Assembly (NCBI GenBank): GCA_944363505.1 | Contig: CALVUD010000003.1 | Coordinates: forward strand, 5,783-69,782 | Direction of reading: 5' to 3' | From: an uncultured Clostridia bacterium | GTDB lineage: Bacteria > Bacillota > Clostridia > Christensenellales > DTU072 | DNA length: 64,000 nucleotides | Part shown: in pieces, positions 1-10,600 of the stretch | Position numbering within the stretch: position 1 is the stretch's first letter | Layout: every line of letters starts with the position of its first letter | The notes under the pieces: model-generated | Database searches by the model: none | What the model was told of the DNA's origin: nothing | What the model saw: only the letters and a program-made list of their open reading frames with translations | Program-made: the position numbers and the translations under genes

Positions 1-79
1 GTTCCCATTCCAACTGTGCGTTTTTATTATAGTTTTCCCTCACGATCTCGACATCAGTATTATTGTCTTTTTTCAGCAT
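1..79 (-). CDS. First 26 codons of a minus-strand ORF that leaves the window (MLKKDNNTDVEIVRENYNKNAQLEWE...); function not assignable
   Basis: Read by eye: ATG is the reverse complement of 77-79 and the frame is open to position 1. It is absent from the ORF track because it is truncated. Confidence 0.3.
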   Translation of the reverse strand, partial: MLKKDNNTDVEIVRENYNKNAQLEWE

Positions 80-98
80 ACACTTTTCTATTATTTTT

Positions 99-644
99 TT
101 AATCGCTATTTTCATTGTTTTGACATTTTAATCTTTCAATCATTTTTTTCAAATTTGCCTTATTCTGTTCATCGGATATCGTGGGATCTTTGGTAAATCG
201 TTCGCAAGGTAGACAATCACAATTCCCGCAATTTCTCTGTCCTTTCTTATTCACGCAACAGTCATACACCATGCATACATCGCCACCCGTATATTGTAGC
301 CAATACACTTTTCCTTTTATTTTGCGACAACCCTCACATGCCTTGGGAAACAGTCCGCATTCAGCGCATACCGCTCCGCAAGGAGAAGGTTCTACAAATT
401 CATCTTTCCAAAGCCACCAAGGGCATTTTGAAAGATCGGGATTTTCTGAATTTACGAAATATTCGACGGCGCGATATAAATACAATTGACACCGATCGAT
501 GAGTTCTCCGCGTAAAGCACACTCCTCTTTATAAAGTTGCTCTGCTGTTTTTCCCTTCAATGATTCTATGGTTCTATATCCCATTTCAATGAGGTCTTTT
601 TCTGTCGTTTTCCCAACGTTAGGTATTTTACGAAGTTCACTCAT
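99..644 (-). CDS. Helix-hairpin-helix (Cdd1-like) N-terminal domain fused to a Cys-rich DUF3795-like domain
   Basis: 181-aa ORF. IPNVGKTTEKDLIEMGY looks like an HhH motif. The C-terminal half has many Cys in CxxC-type spacing (CAECG, CEGC, CGNCDC). Confidence 0.65.
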   Translation of the reverse strand: MSELRKIPNVGKTTEKDLIEMGYRTIESLKGKTAEQLYKEECALRGELIDRCQLYLYRAVEYFVNSENPDLSKCPWWLWKDEFVEPSPCGAVCAECGLFPKACEGCRKIKGKVYWLQYTGGDVCMVYDCCVNKKGQRNCGNCDCLPCERFTKDPTISDEQNKANLKKMIERLKCQNNENSD

Positions 645-656
645 ATTCTTCTCCTA

Positions 657-1085
657 TCAGAACCACTTACTTTTCTCATCTCTGAAAATAGGTTTACTTC
701 CTTCTTGATAAGGATTATAGTTATTGATATTGCAACCATATTCTTTCAGAAAGCAGATTTTACCGTTTTCCCATTTGATCAAAGAAAGTCCGTCAAACTC
801 CTCTTTTCTTCCGTCTTTCATTTCGTTGCAGAAATACCACTCTACAATCGTCTGTTCGTCCTTGTGAAAAAACTGTTTGATCTCCCACGTCTTAACCCTA
901 CCACGTGTATTCCATTCTTCAAACCAATGTCGAATGGCGTTTAATCCAATATATTCAGGTCCCCAACTTTCAACATAAATTGCGTCTCTACAAAATAATT
1001 CTTCTATTCCTTGGCTATTTTGATTTAACCACATTTCGAACCATTTTTGCACCTTTAATTCTTTTTCTTCATTTTTACGAGTCAT
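657..1085 (-). CDS. SnoaL/NTF2-like small protein
   Basis: 142-aa ORF with the size and W/F/E-rich alpha+beta barrel-like pattern (WFEMWL..., VESWGPEY, WEIKQFF) typical of SnoaL-like proteins. Confidence 0.55.
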   Translation of the reverse strand: MTRKNEEKELKVQKWFEMWLNQNSQGIEELFCRDAIYVESWGPEYIGLNAIRHWFEEWNTRGRVKTWEIKQFFHKDEQTIVEWYFCNEMKDGRKEEFDGLSLIKWENGKICFLKEYGCNINNYNPYQEGSKPIFRDEKSKWF

Positions 1086-1146
1086 TTTAAACCTCTTTAT
1101 CAGTCAGTTTATTTTACCATATCTGATAAAAGAAAGCAATGGCACA

Positions 1147-1169
1147 TTTTCTGCATATTTGCGTGTAAT
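1147..1169. repeat. Left copy of a 23-bp direct repeat flanking the IS (TTTTCTGCATATTTGCGTGTAAT)
   Basis: Identical 23-mer at 1147-1169 and 2332-2354, found by eye. Confidence 0.9.
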
Positions 1170-2331
1170 TGTAAGCTTGTCAAACATTTGTTACACTTTG
1201 CTTAGAAAAAAAGGAAGCCAGATATTCGTTAGGCGAAAGCCAATTCAGCGGGCGCATCGGGAAGTTGTTGTACTCGTTCATATATCTCTTTAATTGCTTG
1301 TTGTAGTCCTCCAAACTGTAGAATTTTCTGCCGGCATAGAACCGCTCTCCGTCTTTTCTGTGACTGCGTTCCACCTTGCCGTTGTGTCTCGGCGTATACG
1401 GTCTGATCTGCTTGTGCCGTATTCCCATCTGTCGCAATGCCGTTTGGAATAACGTCGGTTGCAGTTCCTCTCCTTTAGTGTATCTCGAACTGAACGTCTT
1501 GGTAAACTCCTGTCCGTTATCCGTCTGTATGCATTCGATCTTAAATCCGAAATACCGTGCCGCATTCCTTGCGAATATCGATGCGGAATAACTGCTGTTG
1601 TCGCTGAAGCCCTCTAAATACCGCTTCCTGCTGTATTCGTCGATTGCCGTAAATTGGTACAGCCGTGTTCCTTTTCCCATTGCTTGCGTGCATGCTTGCG
1701 GCATATTTCACATCTATTTGTATTCTTTCTCCGGGATATGTCATTTGCGTATACGGTTTCGGTATGTATTTAGGTTTCTTTTTACTCCTTTCGGCAAAAT
1801 ATCCTTCTCTTTGCATTACCCTGTAAAGAGAAGAAAGTGATCGCGCATATCCTCGTCGCTTTAACTTTACCCACAGTACCACGAGACCTTCCGACGGATT
1901 GCGACGCAGGTAATTCCCGATCAGCTTCAGCTCCGTCTCCGTGTGCATATTCGGACGACCGTGCGGTCTGCGCGACTGTTCTTCCAAAGAATGTATACTC
2001 CCGTCGTATCGCCTGCGCCAGAAATAGATCCATTGCCGTGTACGCTTGTAGCGCGTGGCGGCACGGGTAACACCGTGCTTGAAGGAATATTCGATTACCG
2101 CTTGCTTGAATCTGAGATCCTGTGTTATACTTGCCATGGTAAGTTGCGCTCCTTTTGTTTTTTTGCGCAATTAAATAATAAACTAAATCGAGCAAAACTC
2201 ACCACCTTTTTTGCAATTCCGCGCCTCCCCCTAGGGGGAGGTTTTCTGTTTGGTTTTCGGCTACCTTTCCTTTCTCTCCTTCTTGTTCCGGATATGCGAC
2301 TGTGTAACAAATGTATTGTAAACCTACAACG
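1170..2331 (-). mobile_element. Insertion sequence with an rve/DDE transposase (IS481-like, IS3 superfamily)
   Basis: Imperfect terminal inverted repeats: 1171-1196 (...CAAACATTTGTTACAC) against 2302-2330 (GTGTAACAAATGTATTG...). Transposase ORFs lie inside. The GC content is visibly higher than the surrounding island. Confidence 0.75.
1180..2170 (-). pseudogene. DDE/rve transposase split into two frames
   Basis: ORF 1541-2170 (HTH part, ...PGERIQIDVKY) and ORF 1180-1704 (GTRLYQFTAIDEYSR...TDNGQEF...NGKVERSHR) together make one integrase-core transposase. The frames switch near 1703-1708 and there is no slippery heptamer. Confidence 0.75.
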
Positions 2332-2354
2332 TTTTCTGCATATTTGCGTGTAAT
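2332..2354. repeat. Right copy of the 23-bp direct repeat flanking the IS
   Basis: Identical to 1147-1169. Confidence 0.9.
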
Positions 2355-2386
2355 AATCGGATGAAACACTAAATTACACTTGATTT

Positions 2387-4402
2387 CTAAATATTCACCC
2401 GCTCAGCATTCGGAAACTTTTTTAAAAATTTATCTACCTCATCTGATTTTACGACTTTTACACAAATTAACTTTGATATTGCTCTTGAACATGCCACATA
2501 TATGAGTTTCCTCGAATTAATTTCAATCTTGTTTGCTGGATCAATATCAGACAGATACAGCGATGAAAAATCATATTCTTTCCAAAAACATTCATCCATA
2601 ACAACTATAACGTTTTCTATACTGGAACCTTTTGTTTTATGCATAGTAATATATTCTGTTTCTTCATTTAAGTAATTTGAATAATTCAACGCTTCTTCGA
2701 ACTTTAATTCTTTAGAAAACAAGCTTTTTATAAAGCATTCTTCTTTGTATTCAATTTCTAACTCATCAAAAACTTCCTTCGATTCAATCTGCATTTTATC
2801 TTTGATTCTACTGAATGTATTATACCCTGTGCGATATAAATCCCGAAATTTTCTATACTTATCCTCTTGTTCATTGCGTTGGACTCTTGCTTTTTCAGAT
2901 TCAACCTTACTAATAGTGCCATCTGACAATTTTATTAATTTTTTTTCATTTGCCGACAAAATAGCTTCCCACATGGAAATATTTTTATCTGAAACTATTT
3001 TTGTCATTATGTCGTTGATTTCTTTTTTATCTGATAATTTTTTAATAACAAATCCACTAGTTTTAATTGACTTTATAAGAGAATTATAATTTCCCTTCAA
3101 ATAATTATGGCAAATATCGCAAAATTCTAACACTTGAATTGAGGATAAATATTTTTCCATTCTATCACTGACATCATAATATCTATCGCTAAATATCTTA
3201 TATAAATTTAGAAATTCATTCTTTTCCGCAATAGCTTTATTTGTAAGCATTAAAATTTTTGAGGTTACGCAATATTTTTTTGCTTCACAAATTAGTTTAT
3301 CAATTAATATTTGGTAAGTCCTTTTTTCTTCATCAGAACTTCTCCCTGAAGGTTTTTGATCATATACAGCATAGATGCCTTTTACAATTCCGTGACGGGA
3401 TTCTTCACTTTCCTTTTCTCCCTTTTGATTTACTTTTAAGGCAACATTCTGTTCTAATCCGTCTAATCGCAGAGGATTAATAAAATCCACAATTTCATAC
3501 GCACATCGATAATTATCAGGTTTAAAAATCGAAACCAAAGGGGTGCCAATGTAGTCATCCACATTCCCGACACCATCGCTGTAGATTGATTGCATGCTAT
3601 CTCCAAATAAACCTATTGTTAATGCACTATTATTTGCCATTTCTATAAAATCACAAACTATTTCTGCATTTGTGTCTTGATACTCATCTATAAATATATA
3701 ATCATATCTACTTGCTATTATTTTTGACAGTAGCGGATAACATTCAATTAGCTCATGAAAAATTTTCAACAACCCATCGTGTCCAAATGTTAAATCTTTT
3801 AGACTATCAAACTTTGTCTCGTTGTATTTGATTTTCGCGTAACTTTTTGACGCAATTTCTTCATCTATCTTTTTGTTTATCAATGTAACTCCCTTGTTAA
3901 GAACATCATCAAATTCTTTGGGGGTTTTATCATATTCTCTTTTTCCTTTTACCTTTTCTACTGTCTCATGAAATAAACGATAATACATATCGGCATATTT
4001 TTCATATATGCTTTTATATCTATCATATTCCATTCTCTTATAGTCATCATTCGACATATCTTCTGTTCTTGCAACAGAAGTTTTTAAGGGAAGATAAAAC
4101 AATTTTCCTATAACGTTATAAATGTTTTTCTTATAGTCTTTTATCAAACTGCTCAAAAATGAATGAATAGTAGAGACAGGAAAAGCATTACCTGTTCTAC
4201 TTAATATCTCACCAACCGCAACATTCGTATGCGTAATACACATCACTTTAGCTTTAGGATTCGTTCGATTAATGAATAGCAACAAATTTTTGAGCAACTC
4301 TGTTTTACCGCTACCCGCTCCGCCTTGAAGTACAAAACTTTTCTTTTCTTCAATACATTTTTTACATTGATCAATCGGTTCTATTACTTTTTCTGCAGCC
4401 AT
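2387..4402 (-). CDS. gajB: UvrD/PcrA-like SF1 helicase, GajB-like (Gabija)
   Basis: Motifs seen: Walker A GGAGSGKT, motif II FIDEYQDTN, and C-terminal HKTKGSSIENVIVV and YVACSRA. I chose the ATG at 4402 because AGGAGG lies 7 nt upstream. It overlaps the upstream gene by 19 nt. Confidence 0.75.
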   Translation of the reverse strand: MAAEKVIEPIDQCKKCIEEKKSFVLQGGAGSGKTELLKNLLLFINRTNPKAKVMCITHTNVAVGEILSRTGNAFPVSTIHSFLSSLIKDYKKNIYNVIGKLFYLPLKTSVARTEDMSNDDYKRMEYDRYKSIYEKYADMYYRLFHETVEKVKGKREYDKTPKEFDDVLNKGVTLINKKIDEEIASKSYAKIKYNETKFDSLKDLTFGHDGLLKIFHELIECYPLLSKIIASRYDYIFIDEYQDTNAEIVCDFIEMANNSALTIGLFGDSMQSIYSDGVGNVDDYIGTPLVSIFKPDNYRCAYEIVDFINPLRLDGLEQNVALKVNQKGEKESEESRHGIVKGIYAVYDQKPSGRSSDEEKRTYQILIDKLICEAKKYCVTSKILMLTNKAIAEKNEFLNLYKIFSDRYYDVSDRMEKYLSSIQVLEFCDICHNYLKGNYNSLIKSIKTSGFVIKKLSDKKEINDIMTKIVSDKNISMWEAILSANEKKLIKLSDGTISKVESEKARVQRNEQEDKYRKFRDLYRTGYNTFSRIKDKMQIESKEVFDELEIEYKEECFIKSLFSKELKFEEALNYSNYLNEETEYITMHKTKGSSIENVIVVMDECFWKEYDFSSLYLSDIDPANKIEINSRKLIYVACSRAISKLICVKVVKSDEVDKFLKKFPNAERVNI

Positions 4403-6390
4403 GATAGTCCCTCCTTTATATATTTGGGAACTGCCCATTCGACATCATCTTCCGTATATGCAATGTACAGTAATGACGATGCAAAATCCGACTTTTTATC
4501 TATTATTTTTTGAGTTAAATCATATATATCGGTATTTTCATCTAGTTCATCCTCATTTTTTATTCCCAACAAATTTTCCTTCTTGTGTTTTAATTGTGCC
4601 AAATTAACATTGATAAATGCATCTTCGAAACTTCTTGGATAATATCCCTCTTCTTCATATTGATAAAAAACATTTACAAAATCTGATATACTTGTATTTG
4701 CGTGATTTATGATATTATTTATCCATGCTGAACAGACGCTGCAACCGGGATTAAATTGGGGCGCATCATAGTAATACTTAATAGTTTCATTAGATGTAAA
4801 GCAAAGATTGGGATCTGTTACAGCACACGCTGGATAAGTAGTTTTTTTACCATCTTTTCTATACACTGTATCTATATCTGTAATTATCAGTGTCGGTATA
4901 TGAAGAAAATCGATAAAATACCTGAACGCTTTCGCATTGGCTCCTGCTTGAACAACTGTTATATTTTGTGCTGATAGCGGAATATACTGAGATTTATATG
5001 TCTTGTCGTTTTTCTCTTTTTCTTCTTCTTTTTTATTTTCCTCACCATCATATTGTTTGATAAAATAATCTAACAATATTCCTTCTGAGATACCTTCTAT
5101 AAATATCGCTTTATCCGCAAAAAACAATTCTGAAGACCGAACACTTAAATATTGTTTCAAGAAAGAAAACTCTTTTTGTTCGTCTTTATATTTTTTATTT
5201 AATTCCTTATGGAAATTTTTAATTTTGATATTATCGCCATTCTCACTATTCTTTAAAGCCATATATCTGATATTTTCAAAACTATGTTTAGACACCATGT
5301 GCGGAGAATGCGTAGATATTATAGTTTGCAAATTGGGTACGTCATTTAATATTTTCTCAATTTTTCTTGCAAAAATATATTGTATTTGCGGATGAGTATG
5401 TGCTTCCGGCTCCTCTATTAATAATAGTTTTATATCTTTATTGTTATTTTTGAAAGACGCTTTTTTAATTTCTATAGTTAAAAGCAAAAACAAAATATTC
5501 ATATGCCCCAAGCCGTTAAGATGCTCTGGCAAGCGTTTAGCCAGATCTCCATATACAACTTCTGAGGAATCATTGATTATTTCTTTTGCCTTCAAATTAG
5601 AGACAACTTTTAGATCTGTCATATTTAGAAATTCTTTCGCATTTTTAAGAAAATTTGCAAAAAAATCTTGATAACTATTATCCAACTGCCCATCCATGTC
5701 AGATATTAAATTATTGATATTTTCAAACTTGTCAGTAGGATTTTCAACTGTCTTATTGTAATATTCCGTTGTTAGTTTGGACAACACTTTTATCCCGGTT
5801 TTTTCTTCTGAACTTGCAACATTTCTTTTTGCATGAATTATTTCAAAATCAATTAATTTTTCTACATCCTTAAAGTCTTTTTCTATTAACTTATATCTGT
5901 TTTCTGTTTTCAAATCTTCTAAAGAATCAAAAGTAAAAACTCTACATTGTAAATATTGTTTTATATTATTCGCAATAAATTTTTCTTTTAGCATGCTTCC
6001 TCTAAATTTAATTGCATCTAATAATTTATCTTTTTTTATGGAACATTCAAACAATAAATTAATTGTTTTACAATCAGGATCAAGATCAAGTAAAAAGTCA
6101 GATATATTGCATAAATCATCGCTTTCTTTATACTCAATACTCAATATAAGCTGAATAGCCATTTTATTTACATCAGTATTTTCATTAATATCAAAAAGTT
6201 CATTTCTTAAACATATAGAAAAATCATTAAAATCAAAATCTCTTGTTTTTAAAAATTTTTCCAGTACAACCATAAATGATGTTTTTCCGGTATTGTTTCT
6301 ACCTAAAAGCAAACATACTTTTGTATCAAAATCCATTTCTGAATCTTGAAGTATCCTAAAATTTCTCACATTAATCTTTTTAATCTGCAT
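4384..6390 (-). CDS. gajA: OLD-family ATP-dependent endonuclease (ABC-type ATPase + TOPRIM), GajA-like (Gabija)
   Basis: Motifs seen: Walker A GRNNTGKTS, Walker B region LLLIEEPEAHTHPQ, and TOPRIM-like IFIEGISEG and LIITDIDTV. ATG at 6390 is preceded by AGGAGA. The track start at 6408 is a TTG. Confidence 0.75.
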   Translation of the reverse strand: MQIKKINVRNFRILQDSEMDFDTKVCLLLGRNNTGKTSFMVVLEKFLKTRDFDFNDFSICLRNELFDINENTDVNKMAIQLILSIEYKESDDLCNISDFLLDLDPDCKTINLLFECSIKKDKLLDAIKFRGSMLKEKFIANNIKQYLQCRVFTFDSLEDLKTENRYKLIEKDFKDVEKLIDFEIIHAKRNVASSEEKTGIKVLSKLTTEYYNKTVENPTDKFENINNLISDMDGQLDNSYQDFFANFLKNAKEFLNMTDLKVVSNLKAKEIINDSSEVVYGDLAKRLPEHLNGLGHMNILFLLLTIEIKKASFKNNNKDIKLLLIEEPEAHTHPQIQYIFARKIEKILNDVPNLQTIISTHSPHMVSKHSFENIRYMALKNSENGDNIKIKNFHKELNKKYKDEQKEFSFLKQYLSVRSSELFFADKAIFIEGISEGILLDYFIKQYDGEENKKEEEKEKNDKTYKSQYIPLSAQNITVVQAGANAKAFRYFIDFLHIPTLIITDIDTVYRKDGKKTTYPACAVTDPNLCFTSNETIKYYYDAPQFNPGCSVCSAWINNIINHANTSISDFVNVFYQYEEEGYYPRSFEDAFINVNLAQLKHKKENLLGIKNEDELDENTDIYDLTQKIIDKKSDFASSLLYIAYTEDDVEWAVPKYIKEGLSWLQKK

Positions 6391-6695
6391 TTTTTCTCCT
6401 ATTGTCAAACTAAATTATACTTTCATTTAGAAAACAGGTTAGTTTATATTGTAAAATTCTTTTGAATAAATAATATTTAATCCTAATTTTATTACCCCTG
6501 AACTCTAAAAATTATTTTCATTATAGCAAATTTTTTTATGCTTATCAATAATATGTGGTAAATTCACAGTATGTATATATTCCTAACGCACAAGATTAAT
6601 TTGCCAATAACTCACTTATACTTTGTAAAATGATAACAGTGTCAATAAACTATGTCTTCATCCATACCGCATTTATTCGACTTTGTGTAAATACG

Positions 6696-6790
6696 CTCCA
6701 CCAAACCGAGGATAAGGGCGCAGATTGCGCCCTTTTTTCATGTCTCGGACTTCGGTCATTTACGTTTTATAAACTCCCTCGCCTTCACTT
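6696..6790. repeat. Island boundary repeat, copy A (partial and more diverged)
   Basis: Begins CTCCACCAAACCGAG and contains GGGCGC-N5-GCGCCC-T6. It aligns with 12810-~12890 and 19525-~19605 at about 6 substitutions per 60 nt. Confidence 0.8.
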
Positions 6791-6835
6791 TTTCCATTGG
6801 CCGTTGCGGCCGAAATCTTTATCACTTTATAATTT

Positions 6836-7594
6836 TTATAGATCGTCCAATGCATCTTTAGCGTCTTCACACCCATTTTCGGCGGCTAAAGAATACCACT
6901 CGATAGCAGAAGCTATATTTTCATCAACACCCCAGCCAAATCTATAGCAATCTCCTAATCTAAACATGGCATTCGGATTGCCTAATTGGGCAGATCTCAT
7001 CCAATAAATATAAGCTTGTGTAAAGTTTTTTGGCGCACCATTACCAGAGAAATAGCAATCGCCAACTGAACATAAAGCTTGCATGTAATTTTCGCTAGCG
7101 GCTTGCATAAACCATTTAAAAGCAAGCTTTTTATCTTGATTTACGCCAACGCCGATGTTATATCTAATTCCTAGAGACCATTGCGCATCGGCATTTCCCT
7201 GTTCGGCAGACCTCTTAAACCACTTAAAAGCCTCGTTTTGATCTTTTTCTATAAGCTCTCCATTATCATAAACACATGCTAAAATATACTGTGCTTCAAC
7301 GTGGTCGTTGTTTGCCGCAAGTTTTAACCATTTAATCGCTTCTTGTATTTTGGTTTCATCATCTTCATATCAATAATAATTTGTTAACTCCCATTGGGTT
7401 TCGGCATCGCCATTTTCAGCTTTTTGTTTTAATTTTTCAAGCTTTTCTTGCGGCATATTTATTTTATCGTTTTCATAATATTCTTGTTCTGACAATTCTT
7501 CTAGAATTAAATCCACAGGGTAGCCACATTCAACGCAGAATTCTGCTTTATCTGAAATCATTTTGCCACATTCAGGGCACTTAATTAATGCCAT
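6836..7594 (-). pseudogene. Zinc-ribbon + Sel1-repeat protein interrupted by one in-frame TGA
   Basis: ORFs 7370-7594 ([26 protein letters not shown]) and 6836-7108 are in the same frame (759 nt in total). The frame is open between them except for TGA at 7370-7372. Sel1-like repeats run throughout (AxxWxxxAAxxG). Confidence 0.7.
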
Positions 7595-7615
7595 AATTTA
7601 TTCTCCTTATTTAGT

Positions 7616-10600
7616 TTATTTTATCGATATCATGTCGTCTTTTATCTCAACTTCTTTTGATATCAAAGCTAAAGCGGATTCTAGGCGATTATAAATAGCT
7701 TCTCCCATACGGCTAAATCCGAGTTGCTGAACTAATAGCCGAAACAAGCCACTTTTTTCAACTGAAATATTTTGTTTAAGAATTTCTTTCATGCCGAGAG
7801 AGAGTTCTTCAAGTGAAATATACTTTATCTCGCGGACAACAGTAGCGTTCTCATGGGGAATCCGAAGCATAGGAATTTCTTTTTCTTGCGAATACAAAAA
7901 TCCGTTCTTACGAGTAATTTTATAATCACTACAATTCCTCATTATATAATTAAACTCGTCACGCACAACGCTTGTGACTTTTTCTCTTCCGAAAAGAAAT
8001 GCGATTCGCTTCAAAAGCCATTCTTCCGACAGCGGCGATTCGAGTCCGACGATATCACAAATAACGCTTATTTTATTGTAGCTAAATTTTGAAGCAGTCT
8101 TGCGATCGTCAGCCATTACATATTTTGGAAATTCAAAATGCTTCTCTTCGGCTACTTCTTCAAAAGAAACATTCCATGATGGAGCTTCGTCTTTTTCGAG
8201 TTTTATATTTGCATTATTTACAGCTTGTTTCGCCGCTTCTAATAGCCGTTCTTTTTCTACACGTTTGTTTCTAAACCAATCGGTCGACCAAATGCGATAG
8301 AATTTCCAGCCCATCCTTTCCAATACTTCTTGACGAAGCCTATCTCTATCGCGAGCGCTTCTTGAAGAGTGATAGGCTGCGCCGTCACATTCAATGGCAA
8401 GTAAATAGTCGGAAGAGTTGGGGGTTTTTAATGCTAAATCTATCTTAAACGAAGAACAGCCGACCTGTGTATCAACGCTAAATCCATTTTCTCTTAGGAA
8501 TTCACAAACTTCCATCTCAAATTCAGAGTCATATTCTTCAAAAGGATTTACGGAAATGGAACGTTGCAATGCAATCTCACCGTTTTCTGCGTAATCCAAA
8601 TATTCCTTTAGTAATCTTGCCCCTTTAGATTGAGTTCTTGATACATCGATATCCGTATGGTGCATAGAAGAAACGATTTGAATATTAAATTTAGCACGAG
8701 TAACGGCAACATTCAATCTGCGCTCTCCGCCGTCTCGATTTAACGGACCAAAGTTAAGAAGCAACCGACCTTGCGTATCTTTGCCATAAGCAATACTAAA
8801 AATAATGGTATCTCTTTCGTCTCCTTGTACGGTTTCTAAATTTTTAACAAAAAATGGCTCGGCTTTATCCGTTTTGAAGAAAGCTTCTTTGGAAAGATCG
8901 AGTTGCCTGCGTTTCGCTATAAGTTTGTCAATTAAATTTTGTTGCGCAACACTAAAAGCTACAACCCCAAGGCTTCTTTCCGGATATTTTTCTATATTTT
9001 CAAAGACTAAATTGACAATTCTTTCAGCTTCTACGCGATTTGTTTTTGTTGTACGGTCAAAAATACCATCTACATAGAAATAATCAACCCCTATTCCTAC
9101 AAAATCATGTTTAGAGGAAGGGAATGTAACTAAAGTACTATCATAAAAATTCTTATTTGAGAACGATATAAGCGATTCATAACGGCTTCTATAATGCCAT
9201 TTTAAGCGCTTTTGCGGGAAAGCCGTTGTACAAATATCTAATATGGATTCAAAATCGGTAATATCTTCGTCTTCATCATCGTTATCATTCTGAGCGGATG
9301 AACTATTAAAGAAATTGCTTGGCGGCATTTGCTTTGAGTCACCAACAACTATCAGTTGATTGCCTCTGTATATGGCACCAATCGCATCTTGCGGAAAGAT
9401 CTGCGATGCCTCATCAAAAATTACCACATCAAACTTCATATCCGGGCTTAAGAATGTACTGACGCTAAGCGGTGACATTAAGAAACAAGGCTTTAAGGTT
9501 TGCGCGAGGTCTCCGATTTCTTCTAAAAGCAGCCTTATGCCTTTCTGCTTGCGCTTCTTTTCGCCTTCTCTTAACAATATTGCTTTGGCGCTACCTTGTG
9601 CGACCATATCTAAATTCGGTCTTAATGAAGACAGCTTTGCTTTAATCTTTGCTTTGTTTATCTCAAAATTAAGTTCGTCTTTGGTTTTAAAAAGTTTTAC
9701 CGTCTCATCGTGTGGAATTCGAGTCAGCGTCATTAAAATAGGTGATTCATGCAGTATTGCGTCAACCCATTGCATATAAAATGCTTTTTTGTACGCAGAT
9801 AAAAGGCTCTCTGCGTTTATCTTCCGATTAATTGCATAATCTATAAAATCTCTTAGTTCTAATTCGCTAAGTTTATTTAATAATTTGACGAACTCACACC
9901 AATTGTCCAGCTTATCAATGTTATCAATGCATCCTTGGTATTTCCTTGTTAACCAGTCTATGTCAGCATGCCGAACATCATACTTATTTATGTCGTACTT
10001 TGAAAGAACTCGCTTCTCTGATTCTTCGCCTTTGCCGAATGACTTTTCCAAGAAATCGGAAAACATTGCAAAATCCTTTTGTTGCGCAACAAATTCTTGA
10101 TTGCTTAAAGTGGCAAGAACGGCAAAATCGATGTCAGTAGAATGAATTTTATTGAGTGTATCGAGTTGATCAAGCAAAGCTTCAAAATTTGTCAGAATTC
10201 CATTATAAGCGGAGCCTATTTGTCCCTGGATTTTCTCTTCTAAAACAAAGAACTTACAAAGCTTTTGTTGATAATCACATAAAAGTTTCATCATAGAGAC
10301 GGCAACTTTATATTTTACTTTCTTGCCGCTTTTATTACAGAGTTTAAGTTCTTTTGCAATACGCCGATATTCGTTACTAAATAATCTAGCGAGGACACCT
10401 TTAAACTGTTTGGTCAACTTATTATGAAGAGTTTGTCCGCTGATTTTGAAGATATCTTCATCGAACATATCATTAATGATTTTCTTGTTGTTTAATATTT
10501 CTTTTGCCAAAGCTTGCATCGCTTTTAACGTCTTCACCGTGCTCGAGAGAGTGGATGAGTTAAGCAATGCCGGTGTTATATATTCACTTGTTTTTACCAG

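Noticed and set aside
6630-6947. 105-aa plus-strand ORF spanning boundary repeat copy A
   Set aside because: It crosses the repeat and then runs antisense into the Sel1 gene. It has no RBS or motifs, and it is not conserved at copies B and C.
7370-7372. TGA recoding (genetic code 4/25 or selenocysteine) to explain the in-frame stop
   Set aside because: TGA clearly acts as a stop in other genes of the window, for example grpB at 29962-29964 and bcp at 22551-22553. No SECIS-like hairpin is evident. A nonsense mutation is the simpler explanation.
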